A stretch of 64,000 bases of DNA, taken from the NCBI GenBank assembly GCA_963809025.1, contig CAWEIE010000046.1, positions 17,873-81,872 of the forward strand, in the 5' to 3' direction. Below, one piece after another: positions 27,992-37,712 of this stretch. The notes beneath the pieces were generated by a model. It did not search any database and was not told the origin of the DNA. It saw nothing but the letters and a program-made list of their open reading frames with translations. The translations under genes were made by a program, and so were the position numbers. Every line of letters starts with the position of its first letter. Within the stretch, counting starts at the first letter, position 1. Source of the stretch: an uncultured Alphaproteobacteria bacterium (GTDB lineage Bacteria; Pseudomonadota; Alphaproteobacteria; Reyranellales; Reyranellaceae).

Positions 27992-30218
27992 ACACTCCCG
28001 TCCAGTCGGGCGGCGTCTCGTCGATCAGGCCGTCAACGCGCGCACGCATGATCTCGTAGTATCCCTGGTTCCAGCCGAGGGCATCCGCGGCGGCCTGGCA
28101 GCCAGCGATGAGCTCCAGCGCCTCGGCGAAGCCAGCCGACCGGTACTGCCCCAGGAACTCCGCCTGTCGCCGTACCAGCTCCTGATAGGCGGGCGTCGCA
28201 GCCATGGCAACGCCGCCCAACAGCGCATGGGCGCGCTCCGGCTCCGTCTTGCCTTTCAGCATGACGAGGTCGAGCTCGAGGGTGGCATAGCCCGCAGCCT
28301 GCTGGCGCGTCTTGTCGCCGACGATGATGCCGACCCGGTAGGTCTTGCATTGCCCTTCCAGGCGCGAGGCAAGGTTCACGTCGTTGCCCAGGCAGGAATA
28401 GGTCAGGCGCTGCGCGGAGCCGAAGTTGCCCACCGAGGCGTTCCCGGTGTTGAGGCCAATGCCGATGGCCACCGGAATGTGCTCGCGCTCGGCTGCCTCG
28501 GCCTCCGCGCGCAATTCCTCGTTGAGGACGTGGAGCTGCTCCTGCATGGCGAGCGCGGTATCGCAGGCGCGCGCCGCATGCCCTTCAACGGCGAGCGGCG
28601 CGTTCCAGAACGCCATGATCGCGTCGCCCATGTACTTGTCGATGGTGCCCCGGTGGCTCATCACCAGGTCAGTCATCGGCGTCAGGAAGCGGTTCATGAA
28701 CCGCGTCAGCCCGTGAGGATCGAACTGCTCGGAGATGCGCGTGAAGCCGCGCACGTCGGTGAACATCACGGTGATCTCGCGCTGCTCGCCGCCGAGCTGC
28801 AGCAGCTCGGGATGGCGGGCGACCTGCTCGACCACGTCGGGTGACAGATAGAGGCCGAAGGCGCCACGGATCGCCGCGCGCTCGCGCTCGGTGCGCATGA
28901 AGGCGAGCGCCGTGCCGCTGACGTAGATCGCCGCCAAGGTCACCGGCGGGTAGACCGGATCGAACAGCAGGCGATATTCCGAGAAGGCAAACCACGGGAC
29001 GGCGAGCCCGATGCCGATGAAGATCGCGGCGACAATCGCCATGCGGCCGGCCGACAGGCGCGGCAGCAGCACCACCAGCAGGATGCCGATCAGCCCGAGA
29101 TAGAGGAATTCGGCGCCATCGGCGAAATCCGGCCGGGCAAGGAAGTCCTGCGTCAGCATCTGCTCGACGAGCTGGGCGTGGACCTCGACACCGGGCGCGG
29201 CATCGTCGACCGGCGTGCTGCGCATGTCCTTCAGGCCGATCGCGCTGGTGCCGATGAAGACGATCTGGCCGTCGATCTTGTCGGCAGGCGCCGTTCCCTT
29301 CAGCACGGCGGCCGCCGAGACATAGCGCTCGTCGCGATGGCCGGAATCGTAGAGGATCATGCGCCCGCGTGCGTCCGTGCGGACCTCGAGATCGCCGGTC
29401 TTGACGGCGACGATGCCGCTCTTGATGCCGAACGACTCTTCCTGGTTTGCACCCGACGACTTGATCACGTAGCTGTTGGCGCCCTGCGCCACCCTCATCG
29501 TCTCGATCGACAGTGCAGGGAAGACACCGTCCTGCCCGGCCAGCCGGAACAGCATGGGCACACGACGGATCACGACCGTTTCCAGGTCGGTGTTGACGCT
29601 GCCGTTGCCCTTGGCCGCGGCCTCGAGCAGCGGGATGGCCTTCACGGTGCCCTGCTGCACCGGCAGGAACTGCAAGGGATTGTCGCCGGCGAAAGCCATG
29701 CCGTGGTGGCGCTTGGGCGGCGCGGTGCGGCCCTTGAGGTCGAAGCCGAAACCCAGGACGACGCGCGAGTGCGCCATGGCATCGGCCAGGACCTGGTCGT
29801 TGTCCTGGACCGCCGCGGCGAGCTTCTGCACCGTTTCGGGATCGGTGTAGGCCACTAGATCGCGTACCATACGGCTGAGCGACGAACGGTCGGGCTCGGC
29901 GAACACCACATCGAAGGCGATCACCGCGGCGCCCTCCTCGGTGAGCTTGTCGACCAGGCGCGCCAGGATGGTGCGCGGCCATGGCCACTGGCCGTATTCG
30001 GCGAGCGCCTCTTCGTCGATGTCGACGATGCGCACCGGCACGGCGGGATCGTAGGCGCGGGGCTTCAGCCGCTGATAGCTGTCGAAGGCGAGGTCACGCC
30101 AACGCGACAGCTCGGGCGGATCGATGGCGCGCAGCAGGAGCGCGTTGAGCAGCACGAGGACGGCGACAATCCACGGCGCGCGCACATTGCCTCGGCCAAA
30201 CAACCATCTCATGCGCAT
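27972..30218 (-). CDS. CHASE2-domain class III adenylate/guanylate cyclase
   Basis: IVDIDE..GQWPWPR, FDVVFAEPD, PGVEVHAQ; cyclase FTDVRGFT, DKYMGDAIMA, VNLASRLE (catalytic set intact). Confidence 0.92.
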   Translation of the reverse strand: MRMRWLFGRGNVRAPWIVAVLVLLNALLLRAIDPPELSRWRDLAFDSYQRLKPRAYDPAVPVRIVDIDEEALAEYGQWPWPRTILARLVDKLTEEGAAVIAFDVVFAEPDRSSLSRMVRDLVAYTDPETVQKLAAAVQDNDQVLADAMAHSRVVLGFGFDLKGRTAPPKRHHGMAFAGDNPLQFLPVQQGTVKAIPLLEAAAKGNGSVNTDLETVVIRRVPMLFRLAGQDGVFPALSIETMRVAQGANSYVIKSSGANQEESFGIKSGIVAVKTGDLEVRTDARGRMILYDSGHRDERYVSAAAVLKGTAPADKIDGQIVFIGTSAIGLKDMRSTPVDDAAPGVEVHAQLVEQMLTQDFLARPDFADGAEFLYLGLIGILLVVLLPRLSAGRMAIVAAIFIGIGLAVPWFAFSEYRLLFDPVYPPVTLAAIYVSGTALAFMRTERERAAIRGAFGLYLSPDVVEQVARHPELLQLGGEQREITVMFTDVRGFTRISEQFDPHGLTRFMNRFLTPMTDLVMSHRGTIDKYMGDAIMAFWNAPLAVEGHAARACDTALAMQEQLHVLNEELRAEAEAAEREHIPVAIGIGLNTGNASVGNFGSAQRLTYSCLGNDVNLASRLEGQCKTYRVGIIVGDKTRQQAAGYATLELDLVMLKGKTEPERAHALLGGVAMAATPAYQELVRRQAEFLGQYRSAGFAEALELIAGCQAAADALGWNQGYYEIMRARVDGLIDETPPDWTGVYVAKEK

Positions 30219-30282
30219 TCGGCAGTGGTCCCCCTGCAGCCGTCACTTTACTAAGGATGCGGGCCAAGCCAAATAGCGCACC

Positions 30283-31179
30283 TTGTCGATCATCCCCAAG
30301 CACGCGTCACTTCTCGGCATCTATCTCAAGATGGCATCTCTGGTGCTGTTCTGCACCATGGATGCCATGGTGAAGGAGCTGGGCAGCACCTACGACGCCT
30401 TCCAGCTCATGTTGTTCAGGAGCGCCATCGCCATGGCGCCGGTGGCCGTCATCATCTGGCGCTCGGGCGGCATGAAGTCGGTGCGCCCCAATCGGCCCTG
30501 GATGCAGGCGGCGCGCATCGTCGTGGCGTTCGGCAGCACGATCGGATTCTTCTACGTGTTCCCGCGCATGCCGCTGGTCGACGCCTACGCGATCTCCTTC
30601 GCCGCTCCATTGTTCATGGTCGCCCTGTCGGTGCCGATGCTGGGCGAGCCGGTCGGCTGGCGGCGCTGGACGGCCGTCGTCGTGGGCTTCGCGGGCGTGC
30701 TGGTCATGCTCGACCCCTGGAGCATGGAGATCCATGCCATGTCGCTGATCGTGCTGGGCGCCACCTTCTGCTACGCCCTGTCGACCGTGATGCTGCGGCT
30801 GCTGAGCCGCCATGATTCCGATGTCGTCGCCCTCTTCTGGCTGTCGCTGGCGACCAGCGCGGCCTCGCTGGTCGGCGCCGTGCCGGCCTGGGTATGGCCG
30901 ACACCCATCGACTGGCTATGGCTGATCGTGATGGGCCTGTTAGGTGGCATCGCGCAGATCCTGAACACGCGCGCCTGGCGGCTGGCGCCGACCGCGGTGC
31001 TGGCGCCCTTCGACTACACCTCGATCGTGCTGGCCGTCCTGTTCGGCTACCTCTGGTTCAAGGAGGAGCCCTCCTGGACGGTGTGGTTCGGCCTGCCGCT
31101 GGTGATCGGATCGGGCCTCTACATCCTGCACCGCGAGCGCGTCCGGGCACGTGACCGGGCCGTGGTTTCCCTGCCGTGA
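30283..31179 (+). CDS. DMT/EamA family transporter
   Basis: About 10 hydrophobic segments; LGEPVGWRRW, LAPFDYT. Confidence 0.9.
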   Translation: MSIIPKHASLLGIYLKMASLVLFCTMDAMVKELGSTYDAFQLMLFRSAIAMAPVAVIIWRSGGMKSVRPNRPWMQAARIVVAFGSTIGFFYVFPRMPLVDAYAISFAAPLFMVALSVPMLGEPVGWRRWTAVVVGFAGVLVMLDPWSMEIHAMSLIVLGATFCYALSTVMLRLLSRHDSDVVALFWLSLATSAASLVGAVPAWVWPTPIDWLWLIVMGLLGGIAQILNTRAWRLAPTAVLAPFDYTSIVLAVLFGYLWFKEEPSWTVWFGLPLVIGSGLYILHRERVRARDRAVVSLP

Positions 31180-31285
31180 CGAGGCCTAAGGGCTTGGGAG
31201 CGTGGCATTATTGTCCGCAGGCCATTTGCGGGGATTCGCCGGCTGGAGCATTGACGAACCGGCACTCCAACCACATGTTGTAGGC

Positions 31286-31618
31286 ATGACCGAAACCACC
31301 TTTTCCGTGAGCGAGAGCGCGGCCAAGCGGATCGCCTTCCTGGCCTCCAAGGAGGCCAAGCCCGTCATGATGCGGGTGGCGGTGCTGGGCGGCGGCTGCT
31401 CGGGCTTCCAGTACAACTTCTCGTTCGAGGACCAGCGCAACGACGACGACCTGGTGATCGAGCGCAGCGGCGCCGCGGTGCTGGTCGACTCGACGTCGCT
31501 GGAGCTGCTGAAGGGCAGCGAGCTCGACTATGTCGAGGAGATGGTCGGCTCGTCCTTCCAGGTGAAGAACCCCAACGCCACGTCGTCCTGCGGCTGCGGC
31601 AACTCCTTCAGCGTCTGA
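31286..31618 (+). CDS. erpA: Iron-sulfur cluster insertion protein ErpA
   Basis: GGGCSGFQY, LDY, NPNATSSCGCGNSF; upstream of xth. Confidence 0.88.
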   Translation: MTETTFSVSESAAKRIAFLASKEAKPVMMRVAVLGGGCSGFQYNFSFEDQRNDDDLVIERSGAAVLVDSTSLELLKGSELDYVEEMVGSSFQVKNPNATSSCGCGNSFSV

Positions 31619-31628
31619 TCCGGCTGCG

Positions 31629-32420
31629 ATGAAGATCGCGACCTGGAACGTCAATTCCGTCCGCAAGCGGACCGGAAACCTCCTGGCGTGGCTGGAGCAG
31701 GCCAAGCCGGACGTCGTCGTGCTGCAGGAGATCAAGGCGCAGGAACCACAGTTCCCGCGGCTCGAGGTCGAGGCCGCGGGCTACAAGGTCGAGATCGTGG
31801 GCCAGAAAGGGTTCAACGGCGTGGCCATGCTCTCGCAGCATCCGGTCGAGATCACCGCCCGCGCCCTGCCCGATGCCGTGGCCGACGAGCCGGCGCGCTA
31901 CATCGAGGGCCGCATCGCGACGCCTGGCGGACCGCTGACGGTCGGCGGCCTCTATCTGCCCAATGGCAATCCCATCGGCACCGAGAAGTTCGCCTACAAG
32001 ATCGCCTGGATGGATCGGCTGAACCAGCGCGCCCGCGAGCTGCTGGCCAAGGAGGAGATGTTCGTGCTGGGCGGCGACTACAACGTCTGCCCGACCGAGA
32101 TGGACGTCTACGATCCGAAGGCCTTCGCCAACGACGCGCTGTGCCAGCCGCAATCGCGCGGGGCGCTGCGCAGCCTGATCAATCTCGGCTTGACTGACGC
32201 GATCCGCACCTTCGAGCCCGACACGCCCGTCTACACCTTCTGGGACTACCAGGCCGGCTGCTGGGCCAAGAACTGGGGCCTGCGCATCGACCACCTGCTG
32301 CTCTCGCCGCAGGCCGCCGACCGGCTCACCGCCGCCGGCATCGACAAGCCCGTGCGCGGCCTGCCCGACCCGTCCGACCACGTCCCGGTGTGGTGCGAGC
32401 TGGATCTTCAGTCATCCTGA
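31629..32420 (+). CDS. xth: Exodeoxyribonuclease III
   Basis: KIATWNVNS, LQEIK, GQKGFNGVA, YLPNGN, GDYN, GLRIDH, SDHVPV. Confidence 0.95.
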   Translation: MKIATWNVNSVRKRTGNLLAWLEQAKPDVVVLQEIKAQEPQFPRLEVEAAGYKVEIVGQKGFNGVAMLSQHPVEITARALPDAVADEPARYIEGRIATPGGPLTVGGLYLPNGNPIGTEKFAYKIAWMDRLNQRARELLAKEEMFVLGGDYNVCPTEMDVYDPKAFANDALCQPQSRGALRSLINLGLTDAIRTFEPDTPVYTFWDYQAGCWAKNWGLRIDHLLLSPQAADRLTAAGIDKPVRGLPDPSDHVPVWCELDLQSS

Positions 32421-32501
32421 GCGAAGCGAAGGATCTCATCGCCGCTGCCAATAGTCGGCGATCCTTCGCGTATCAGATCCCTCGCAAGTGCTCGGGATGA
32501 C
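32411..32501. repeat. Palindromic REP-like element, family A, overlapping xth stop
   Basis: GTCATCCTGAGCGAAGCGAAGGATCT...AGATCCCTCGCAAGTGCTCGGGATGAC. Confidence 0.8.
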
Positions 32502-32513
32502 GGCCACGGGCCG

Positions 32514-33281
32514 TCATTCCGCCCCCGAGCCGATCACGCCGCCGTCGGCGATGATGCACTGGCCGCAGACGAAGTTGCCGGCTTTCGAGGCGAGGAACAC
32601 CGCAACGCCGCCGATGTCGTCGGGCTGGCCGATGCGCTTGAGCGCCGCCTTGCTCTCGTTGGCGCGGCGGATGTCGGGATTGTCCCACAACGCCTTGGCG
32701 AAGTCGGTCTGGATCAGGCCGGGGGCGATGGCGTTCACCCGGATGTTGTGCTTGCCCCACTCCATGGCGAGCGACTTCACCAGGGAGAGGTCGGCCGCCT
32801 TGCTCATGTTGTAGGCCGCGATGTGCGCCGAGCCGATCAGCGCGCCGATCGACGACACGACGATGAACACGCCGTCCTTCCGCTCGGCCATCTCCGGTCC
32901 GACCATGTTCATCAGCCACAGGTTGGACATGACGTTGTTCTGCATGATCTTGGCGAACACCTCCTCCTTCAGCCCCGTCAGCGGCCCGAAGTAGGGATTG
33001 GAGGCGGCGTTGCACACCATGATGTCGACCCTGCCGTAGGCCTTGCGCGCGGCGGCGACCAGGTTCTCGAGTTGCGCCTTGTCCGAGATGCTGGCGGCGA
33101 CGGCCGTCGCCTCGCCGCCCTTGGCCTTGATGCCCTTCACGACCTCCTCGCAGGCCGGCAGCTTGCGGCTCGACACGACGACCTTGGCGCCGTGCGCTGC
33201 CATCTGCTCGCAGATCGAGCGGCCGATGCCGCGGCTGCCGCCGGTCACCACCGCCACCTTGCCCGTCAGGTCGAACATCAT
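32514..33281 (-). CDS. SDR family oxidoreductase (DHRS4-like)
   Basis: TGGSRGIG, CNAASNPYFG, YNMSK, APGLIQTDFA. Confidence 0.92.
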   Translation of the reverse strand: MMFDLTGKVAVVTGGSRGIGRSICEQMAAHGAKVVVSSRKLPACEEVVKGIKAKGGEATAVAASISDKAQLENLVAAARKAYGRVDIMVCNAASNPYFGPLTGLKEEVFAKIMQNNVMSNLWLMNMVGPEMAERKDGVFIVVSSIGALIGSAHIAAYNMSKAADLSLVKSLAMEWGKHNIRVNAIAPGLIQTDFAKALWDNPDIRRANESKAALKRIGQPDDIGGVAVFLASKAGNFVCGQCIIADGGVIGSGAE

Positions 33282-33299
33282 CTCGTCGTCTCCTCGCCT

Positions 33300-34568
33300 T
33301 CAGCTCTTGTTCGACCTTAGCGGCGCGCGGGCGAACAGCGCAATCAGCTCGACATGCGCGGACCACAGGAACTGGTCGATCGGCAGCAGTTTCTCCAGCC
33401 GGTATCCGCCGTCCTGCAAAGCGCGCGCATCGCGCGCGAAGGTGCCGGGATCGCACGAGGCGTAGACCACGCGCGGCACCTTCGAGCGCGCCAGCTCGGC
33501 CGACTGCGCGGCGGCACCGGCGCGCGGCGGATCGAGCAGCACGGCGTCGAAGCCCTTCAGCTCCGCCTCAGTCAGCGGATTGCGGAAGAGGTCGCGGCGT
33601 TCGACGGTCACCCGCCCGCCCAACCGGCGCGCCGCCGCTTCGGCCGCGGCAACGGTCGGCTTGTCGCTTTCGAACAGTGCGACCTTTCCTGGCCGGCCGA
33701 TCGACAGCGCACCCACGCCGGCAAACAGATCGGCCAGTCGCGGCGCATCGCCGGCCCATTGCGCGACCGCGGCGCGCATGGCCTGCTCGGCGCGCCTGGT
33801 CGCCTGCAGGAAGGCCCCTGGCGGCGGCTCGACGCGCGCCTCGCCAAACAGGAGAAGCGGCGAGCGGCGCACGACAACGGGCTCGGCCGATGCCCGGTCG
33901 CCCCAGCTCAGTCGCGCCAGGTCGGCGCGCTCGGCCAGCGCCACCAGCGCCTCGCGCCGTTCCAGCGACAGGTCCAGCCGCTTGTGCGGCCGCAGTAAAA
34001 GGTCGATGCCGCTGTCGGTCTCGTTGACCACGGCATCGGCTGCCGCACCGTCCGGCAGGATCGACGACAGGGCCATCCGCAACGGCTCCAGCAGCATGCC
34101 AAGGGTCGGCCGGGCAACGACGCAGATGCCGACATCGACGATGCGCTGGCTCGTGCGCTCGTGGAAGCCGGCAAGCACGCGCCTGCCCTGCCGGCGCAAC
34201 ACGATATCGGCACGGCGCCGTTCGCCGGGCGCACCGACCAGGGGCGGTTCGAAGTGCGGCGCGCCGACGCCGCGTTGCGCCAGCGCGCGAGTGATCAAGT
34301 CGACCTTCCAGGCGGTGTAGGCATCGCGGCGCCAATGCTGCAGGGCACAGCCGCCGCAGACCTTGAAGTGCGCGCAGGGCGGCGGCTCGCGATGGCGCGA
34401 CGGCGCGAGGACTTCCACAAGATCGGCCGCGATGCCCTCGCCGCGCTTGTCGCGGGGCTCGGCCTCGACCGTCTCGCCCGGCAATGTGAAGGGGACGAAA
34501 TAGCGCCGCCCCTCATGCTCGGCGACGCCATCGCCGCGGGCGCCGATCTCCTGGATCTCGAGTCTCAC
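33300..34568 (-). CDS. RNA m5U methyltransferase, RlmD/TrmA family
   Basis: TRAM-like N-terminus, CAHFKVCGGC, AFLQA, DLFAGVG, LDPPRAG, YASCDP, DQF..SAHVE; GTG start overlaps upstream stop. Confidence 0.88.
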   Translation of the reverse strand: MRLEIQEIGARGDGVAEHEGRRYFVPFTLPGETVEAEPRDKRGEGIAADLVEVLAPSRHREPPPCAHFKVCGGCALQHWRRDAYTAWKVDLITRALAQRGVGAPHFEPPLVGAPGERRRADIVLRRQGRRVLAGFHERTSQRIVDVGICVVARPTLGMLLEPLRMALSSILPDGAAADAVVNETDSGIDLLLRPHKRLDLSLERREALVALAERADLARLSWGDRASAEPVVVRRSPLLLFGEARVEPPPGAFLQATRRAEQAMRAAVAQWAGDAPRLADLFAGVGALSIGRPGKVALFESDKPTVAAAEAAARRLGGRVTVERRDLFRNPLTEAELKGFDAVLLDPPRAGAAAQSAELARSKVPRVVYASCDPGTFARDARALQDGGYRLEKLLPIDQFLWSAHVELIALFARAPLRSNKS

Positions 34569-35563
34569 CCCAGCCAGCTCTTGGCCGGCCGCATCTCGCC
34601 GACCAGCAAGCCGACCACGTTCTTCACCGGCGGATGCATGATCTCCTCGCGCTGGCCGGCCGGCAGCACGCCTAGATGACCAAGCAGGGTCGCCATCGCC
34701 ACCTCGGCTGCACGGCCGGCGCCATCCCACATCTTGATCGCGATGCCGAGGCCCAGCGTCGGCAGCATGCCGCAGAACACGCCCTCGGCGCCGGTCTTGA
34801 TCTGCGCCACGCCCGGCAGCGCCGTGTTGATGCGTGTGCAGAAGCGGCCGGTGCCCGCCATCATGAAGGGCTCGGCGCTGATGGCGGCGCGGATGCGGCC
34901 CGCCGCCTCGGCGTGCTTGTTCGACAACCGCGACGGCTCGGCCATGTTGGCCATGGCCCGCGCCAGGCTCTTGAGCGGCGTGGCGAGCGTGGGAATGCCG
35001 CAGCCGTCGGTGCCATAGGGAAAGCTGTTGGCGTCCGTGCCGCAGAGGTCGGTCATGACCTCGCGCAGGCGGCGCTGCACCGGATGATTGTACTTGATGT
35101 AGTCCTTGGTCGGCTCGCCGTACTGCACCGCCGTGGTGAGGAAGCCCGAGTGCTTGCCCGAGCAGTTGTTGAACGCGGCCGTCGGCATCCTGCCCTCGCG
35201 CGCCAGCTCCTCGATCGTGCCCTGCAGTCGCGGCGCATGGGTGCCGCATTCGAGGTCGGCCTCGCTCAGGCCCACCTTGGCGAGCCATGCCTGCACCGTC
35301 TCGACATGCCGCTTCTCGCCGCTGTGCGAGGCGCAGGCCAGCGCAATGTGCTCGTCGCCGAGGCCGAAGCGCTCGACGGCGCCGCTTTCGACGAACGCCA
35401 TGGCCTGGATCGGCTTGTTGGCCGAGCGCGGCAGGATGAGCGAATCGATGTCACCCCACGACGCCACCACCGCACCGTCGGCCTGCACGACCGCCGCGAT
35501 ACCCTCATGCCGGCTCTCGACCACCGGACCGCGCGTCACCTCGATGACGACCGACTTGCTCAT
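34565..35563 (-). CDS. L-asparaginase II (Rhizobium etli AnsA type)
   Basis: VTRG..VESRH, PRSANKP.Q, CASHSGE, NNCSGKH, DGCGIP, KTGAEGV. Confidence 0.88.
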   Translation of the reverse strand: MSKSVVIEVTRGPVVESRHEGIAAVVQADGAVVASWGDIDSLILPRSANKPIQAMAFVESGAVERFGLGDEHIALACASHSGEKRHVETVQAWLAKVGLSEADLECGTHAPRLQGTIEELAREGRMPTAAFNNCSGKHSGFLTTAVQYGEPTKDYIKYNHPVQRRLREVMTDLCGTDANSFPYGTDGCGIPTLATPLKSLARAMANMAEPSRLSNKHAEAAGRIRAAISAEPFMMAGTGRFCTRINTALPGVAQIKTGAEGVFCGMLPTLGLGIAIKMWDGAGRAAEVAMATLLGHLGVLPAGQREEIMHPPVKNVVGLLVGEMRPAKSWLG

Positions 35564-36267
35564 CGCGCACGCTCCAGCTTGATCACCGTGATGTTGTCCT
35601 GATGCTCCTTGGCGGCCGCCAGCACGGCCTTGATCAGCCCATCGGCCGTCTTGATGGCGCTGGCCGCGATCTCCGCTTCGCTGAGCGACTGCACGCCGTC
35701 GCTGCACAGCAGCAGCTTGACGTCGGGACCGAGCGTGCGGCTGCCCTTGTCTATGAGGCTGAGCGGCTGGCCCATCACGGCCTCGCGCAGCGTATGGCGG
35801 CCGGGATGATGCTCGGCCTCGTCCGCCGTCAGCATGCCGCGCTTGACCAGGGCATCGATCTGCGGCGCCATCGAATGGTCGGCGTTCAGCCGTTCGATCT
35901 TGCCCGACAACACCATGAAGAACGGTGAATCGCCGACGCTGATCCACCGCACCTCGTCGCCGCGCACCTGCGCCGCCACCAGGGTCGCGCCCATGCCTGC
36001 AAGCTCGGCCTTGGCCGCGGCGGTCTTGCCGACCGCGGCATTGGCCTCTTGAAGCCCGTCAGGCAGGCCGCCGCCCTGCTCGATCGCGTGCACGAAGGCA
36101 TCGACTGCGACCTTGCTCGCTATCGCGCCGCCGGCGTGGCCGCCCATGCCGTCGGCGACGACCGCCAACAGCGAGCCGTCACCGAGCGTGCGCAGCGCCC
36201 AACTGTCTTCCTGATAGGGTCGGGCACCCTGATGCTGGCTGCCCTCGCCCCGCCATCGTCCCGCCAT
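35560..36267 (-). CDS. PP2C/PPM family Ser/Thr protein phosphatase
   Basis: GARPYQED, VADGMGGH, MGATL, SVGDS, LNADHS, LLCSDG, DNITV. Confidence 0.9.
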   Translation of the reverse strand: MAGRWRGEGSQHQGARPYQEDSWALRTLGDGSLLAVVADGMGGHAGGAIASKVAVDAFVHAIEQGGGLPDGLQEANAAVGKTAAAKAELAGMGATLVAAQVRGDEVRWISVGDSPFFMVLSGKIERLNADHSMAPQIDALVKRGMLTADEAEHHPGRHTLREAVMGQPLSLIDKGSRTLGPDVKLLLCSDGVQSLSEAEIAASAIKTADGLIKAVLAAAKEHQDNITVIKLERAR

Positions 36268-36282
36268 GTCCGATGCCAACCT

Positions 36283-37527
36283 CTAGTGCCACGCCGCCGG
36301 CAGCTTGCTCAGCCCACGCAAGGTGAAGCTGCGCCGCCAGGCCGGCGTATCCTTCTCCGGCAAGGTGAGGTTCGGCATGCGTTCGATCAAGGCGGCAAAG
36401 ACCAGCTCCGCTTCGAGGCGGGCAAGCTGGGCACCCAGGCAATGATGGATGCCGCCGCCGAACGACATCGGCCTGATGTGCTCGCGGCCGACATCGAGCC
36501 GGTCGGGATCGGGATACTGCGCCGGATCGCGGTTGGCCGCGCCCAGCAGGGCGACGATGCTTTCGTGCTCGGCCAACGTCACGCCGCCGATCTCGACCTC
36601 GGTATTGGTGACGCGGCCGGTGATCTGCACCGACGAGTCGTAGCGCAACAGCTCGTCGATGGCGTTGGGGATCAGCGACGGATCGGCCTTCAGGCGCTCC
36701 CACTGGTCGGGCTGACGATGCAGCGCCAGGAGGCCGTTGCCGATCAGGTTGGTGGTGGTCTCGTGGCCCGCTCCGAACAGCAGGCCGATATTGGCCTCGA
36801 GTTCCTCGGCAGTGAGCTTGTCGCCCGCCTCCTCGGCCCGCACCAGTTCGGTGGTGAGATCGTCCTGCGGCTCGCGGCGGCGCAGGTCGCAGAGCTGCCG
36901 GAAGTAGACGCCCGCCGCCTGGGTGTTGAAGTTGGCCTGGTCGATCTCCTCGCGGGTCATCGGCACCGGCTCGAGGATGCGGCCATTGACGTTGCTGCCG
37001 GCCAGGAAGGGCGTCCGATGATCCTCGGGAATGCCCAGCATGTCGCAGATCACGATCACCGGCAGGCGATGGGCGAGATCGCGCATGACGTCCATCTCGC
37101 CCTTGGTAACCACGCGATCGAGCTGCTCGTCGACGATCTTCTTGATGCGCGGACGCATGTCGGCGACGCGGCGGGCGGTGAAGGCCTTGGTGACCAGGCC
37201 GCGCAGCCGCGTATGGTCGGGCGGGTCCTGCACCAGCATGGTGCGCGCGAGGCTGGCGATCGCCGGCTCGTTCATGCCGTCGGCGTCGCCGTAGCGACGC
37301 TTCATGTTGCCCGCGAAATCCTTGCCGAAGCGTTTGTCGCGCAGGGCGAAAGCCACGTCCTCGTAGCGCGTGATCAGCCAGAAGCCCTGCGGCGTCTTGA
37401 AGACGGGCGCGGTCTCGCGCAGGCGGCGATAGAACGGATAGGGGTCGGCAATGAAGGCCGGATCGAGCGGATTGAACTCGAGCGGCGCGCCGTCCACCAC
37501 GGGCGGGGTCATGTCGTTCATGGCCAT
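36283..37527 (-). CDS. Cytochrome P450 (class I, CYP107/BioI-like)
   Basis: DPPDHTRLR, AGHETT (I helix), ELLR (ExxR), AANRDP, FGGGIHHCLG. Confidence 0.95.
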   Translation of the reverse strand: MAMNDMTPPVVDGAPLEFNPLDPAFIADPYPFYRRLRETAPVFKTPQGFWLITRYEDVAFALRDKRFGKDFAGNMKRRYGDADGMNEPAIASLARTMLVQDPPDHTRLRGLVTKAFTARRVADMRPRIKKIVDEQLDRVVTKGEMDVMRDLAHRLPVIVICDMLGIPEDHRTPFLAGSNVNGRILEPVPMTREEIDQANFNTQAAGVYFRQLCDLRRREPQDDLTTELVRAEEAGDKLTAEELEANIGLLFGAGHETTTNLIGNGLLALHRQPDQWERLKADPSLIPNAIDELLRYDSSVQITGRVTNTEVEIGGVTLAEHESIVALLGAANRDPAQYPDPDRLDVGREHIRPMSFGGGIHHCLGAQLARLEAELVFAALIERMPNLTLPEKDTPAWRRSFTLRGLSKLPAAWH

Positions 37528-37712
37528 TTCCTTAGCACGAACCCCCTTGCGGTGCGAACGAGCGGGTCCCTTTGGTCGCAGCATCGGCTCCAGCGAAGCT
37601 GCGGCTCTGGCCGCGCTAGCGGCGGGAGAGGAATCATGAGCCCGTGATCGCAGGTAGTCGCCAGGGGAGGAAAACTATTCAAGCCGCGCGGACGGTGCTC
37701 TAGCATCATCCC

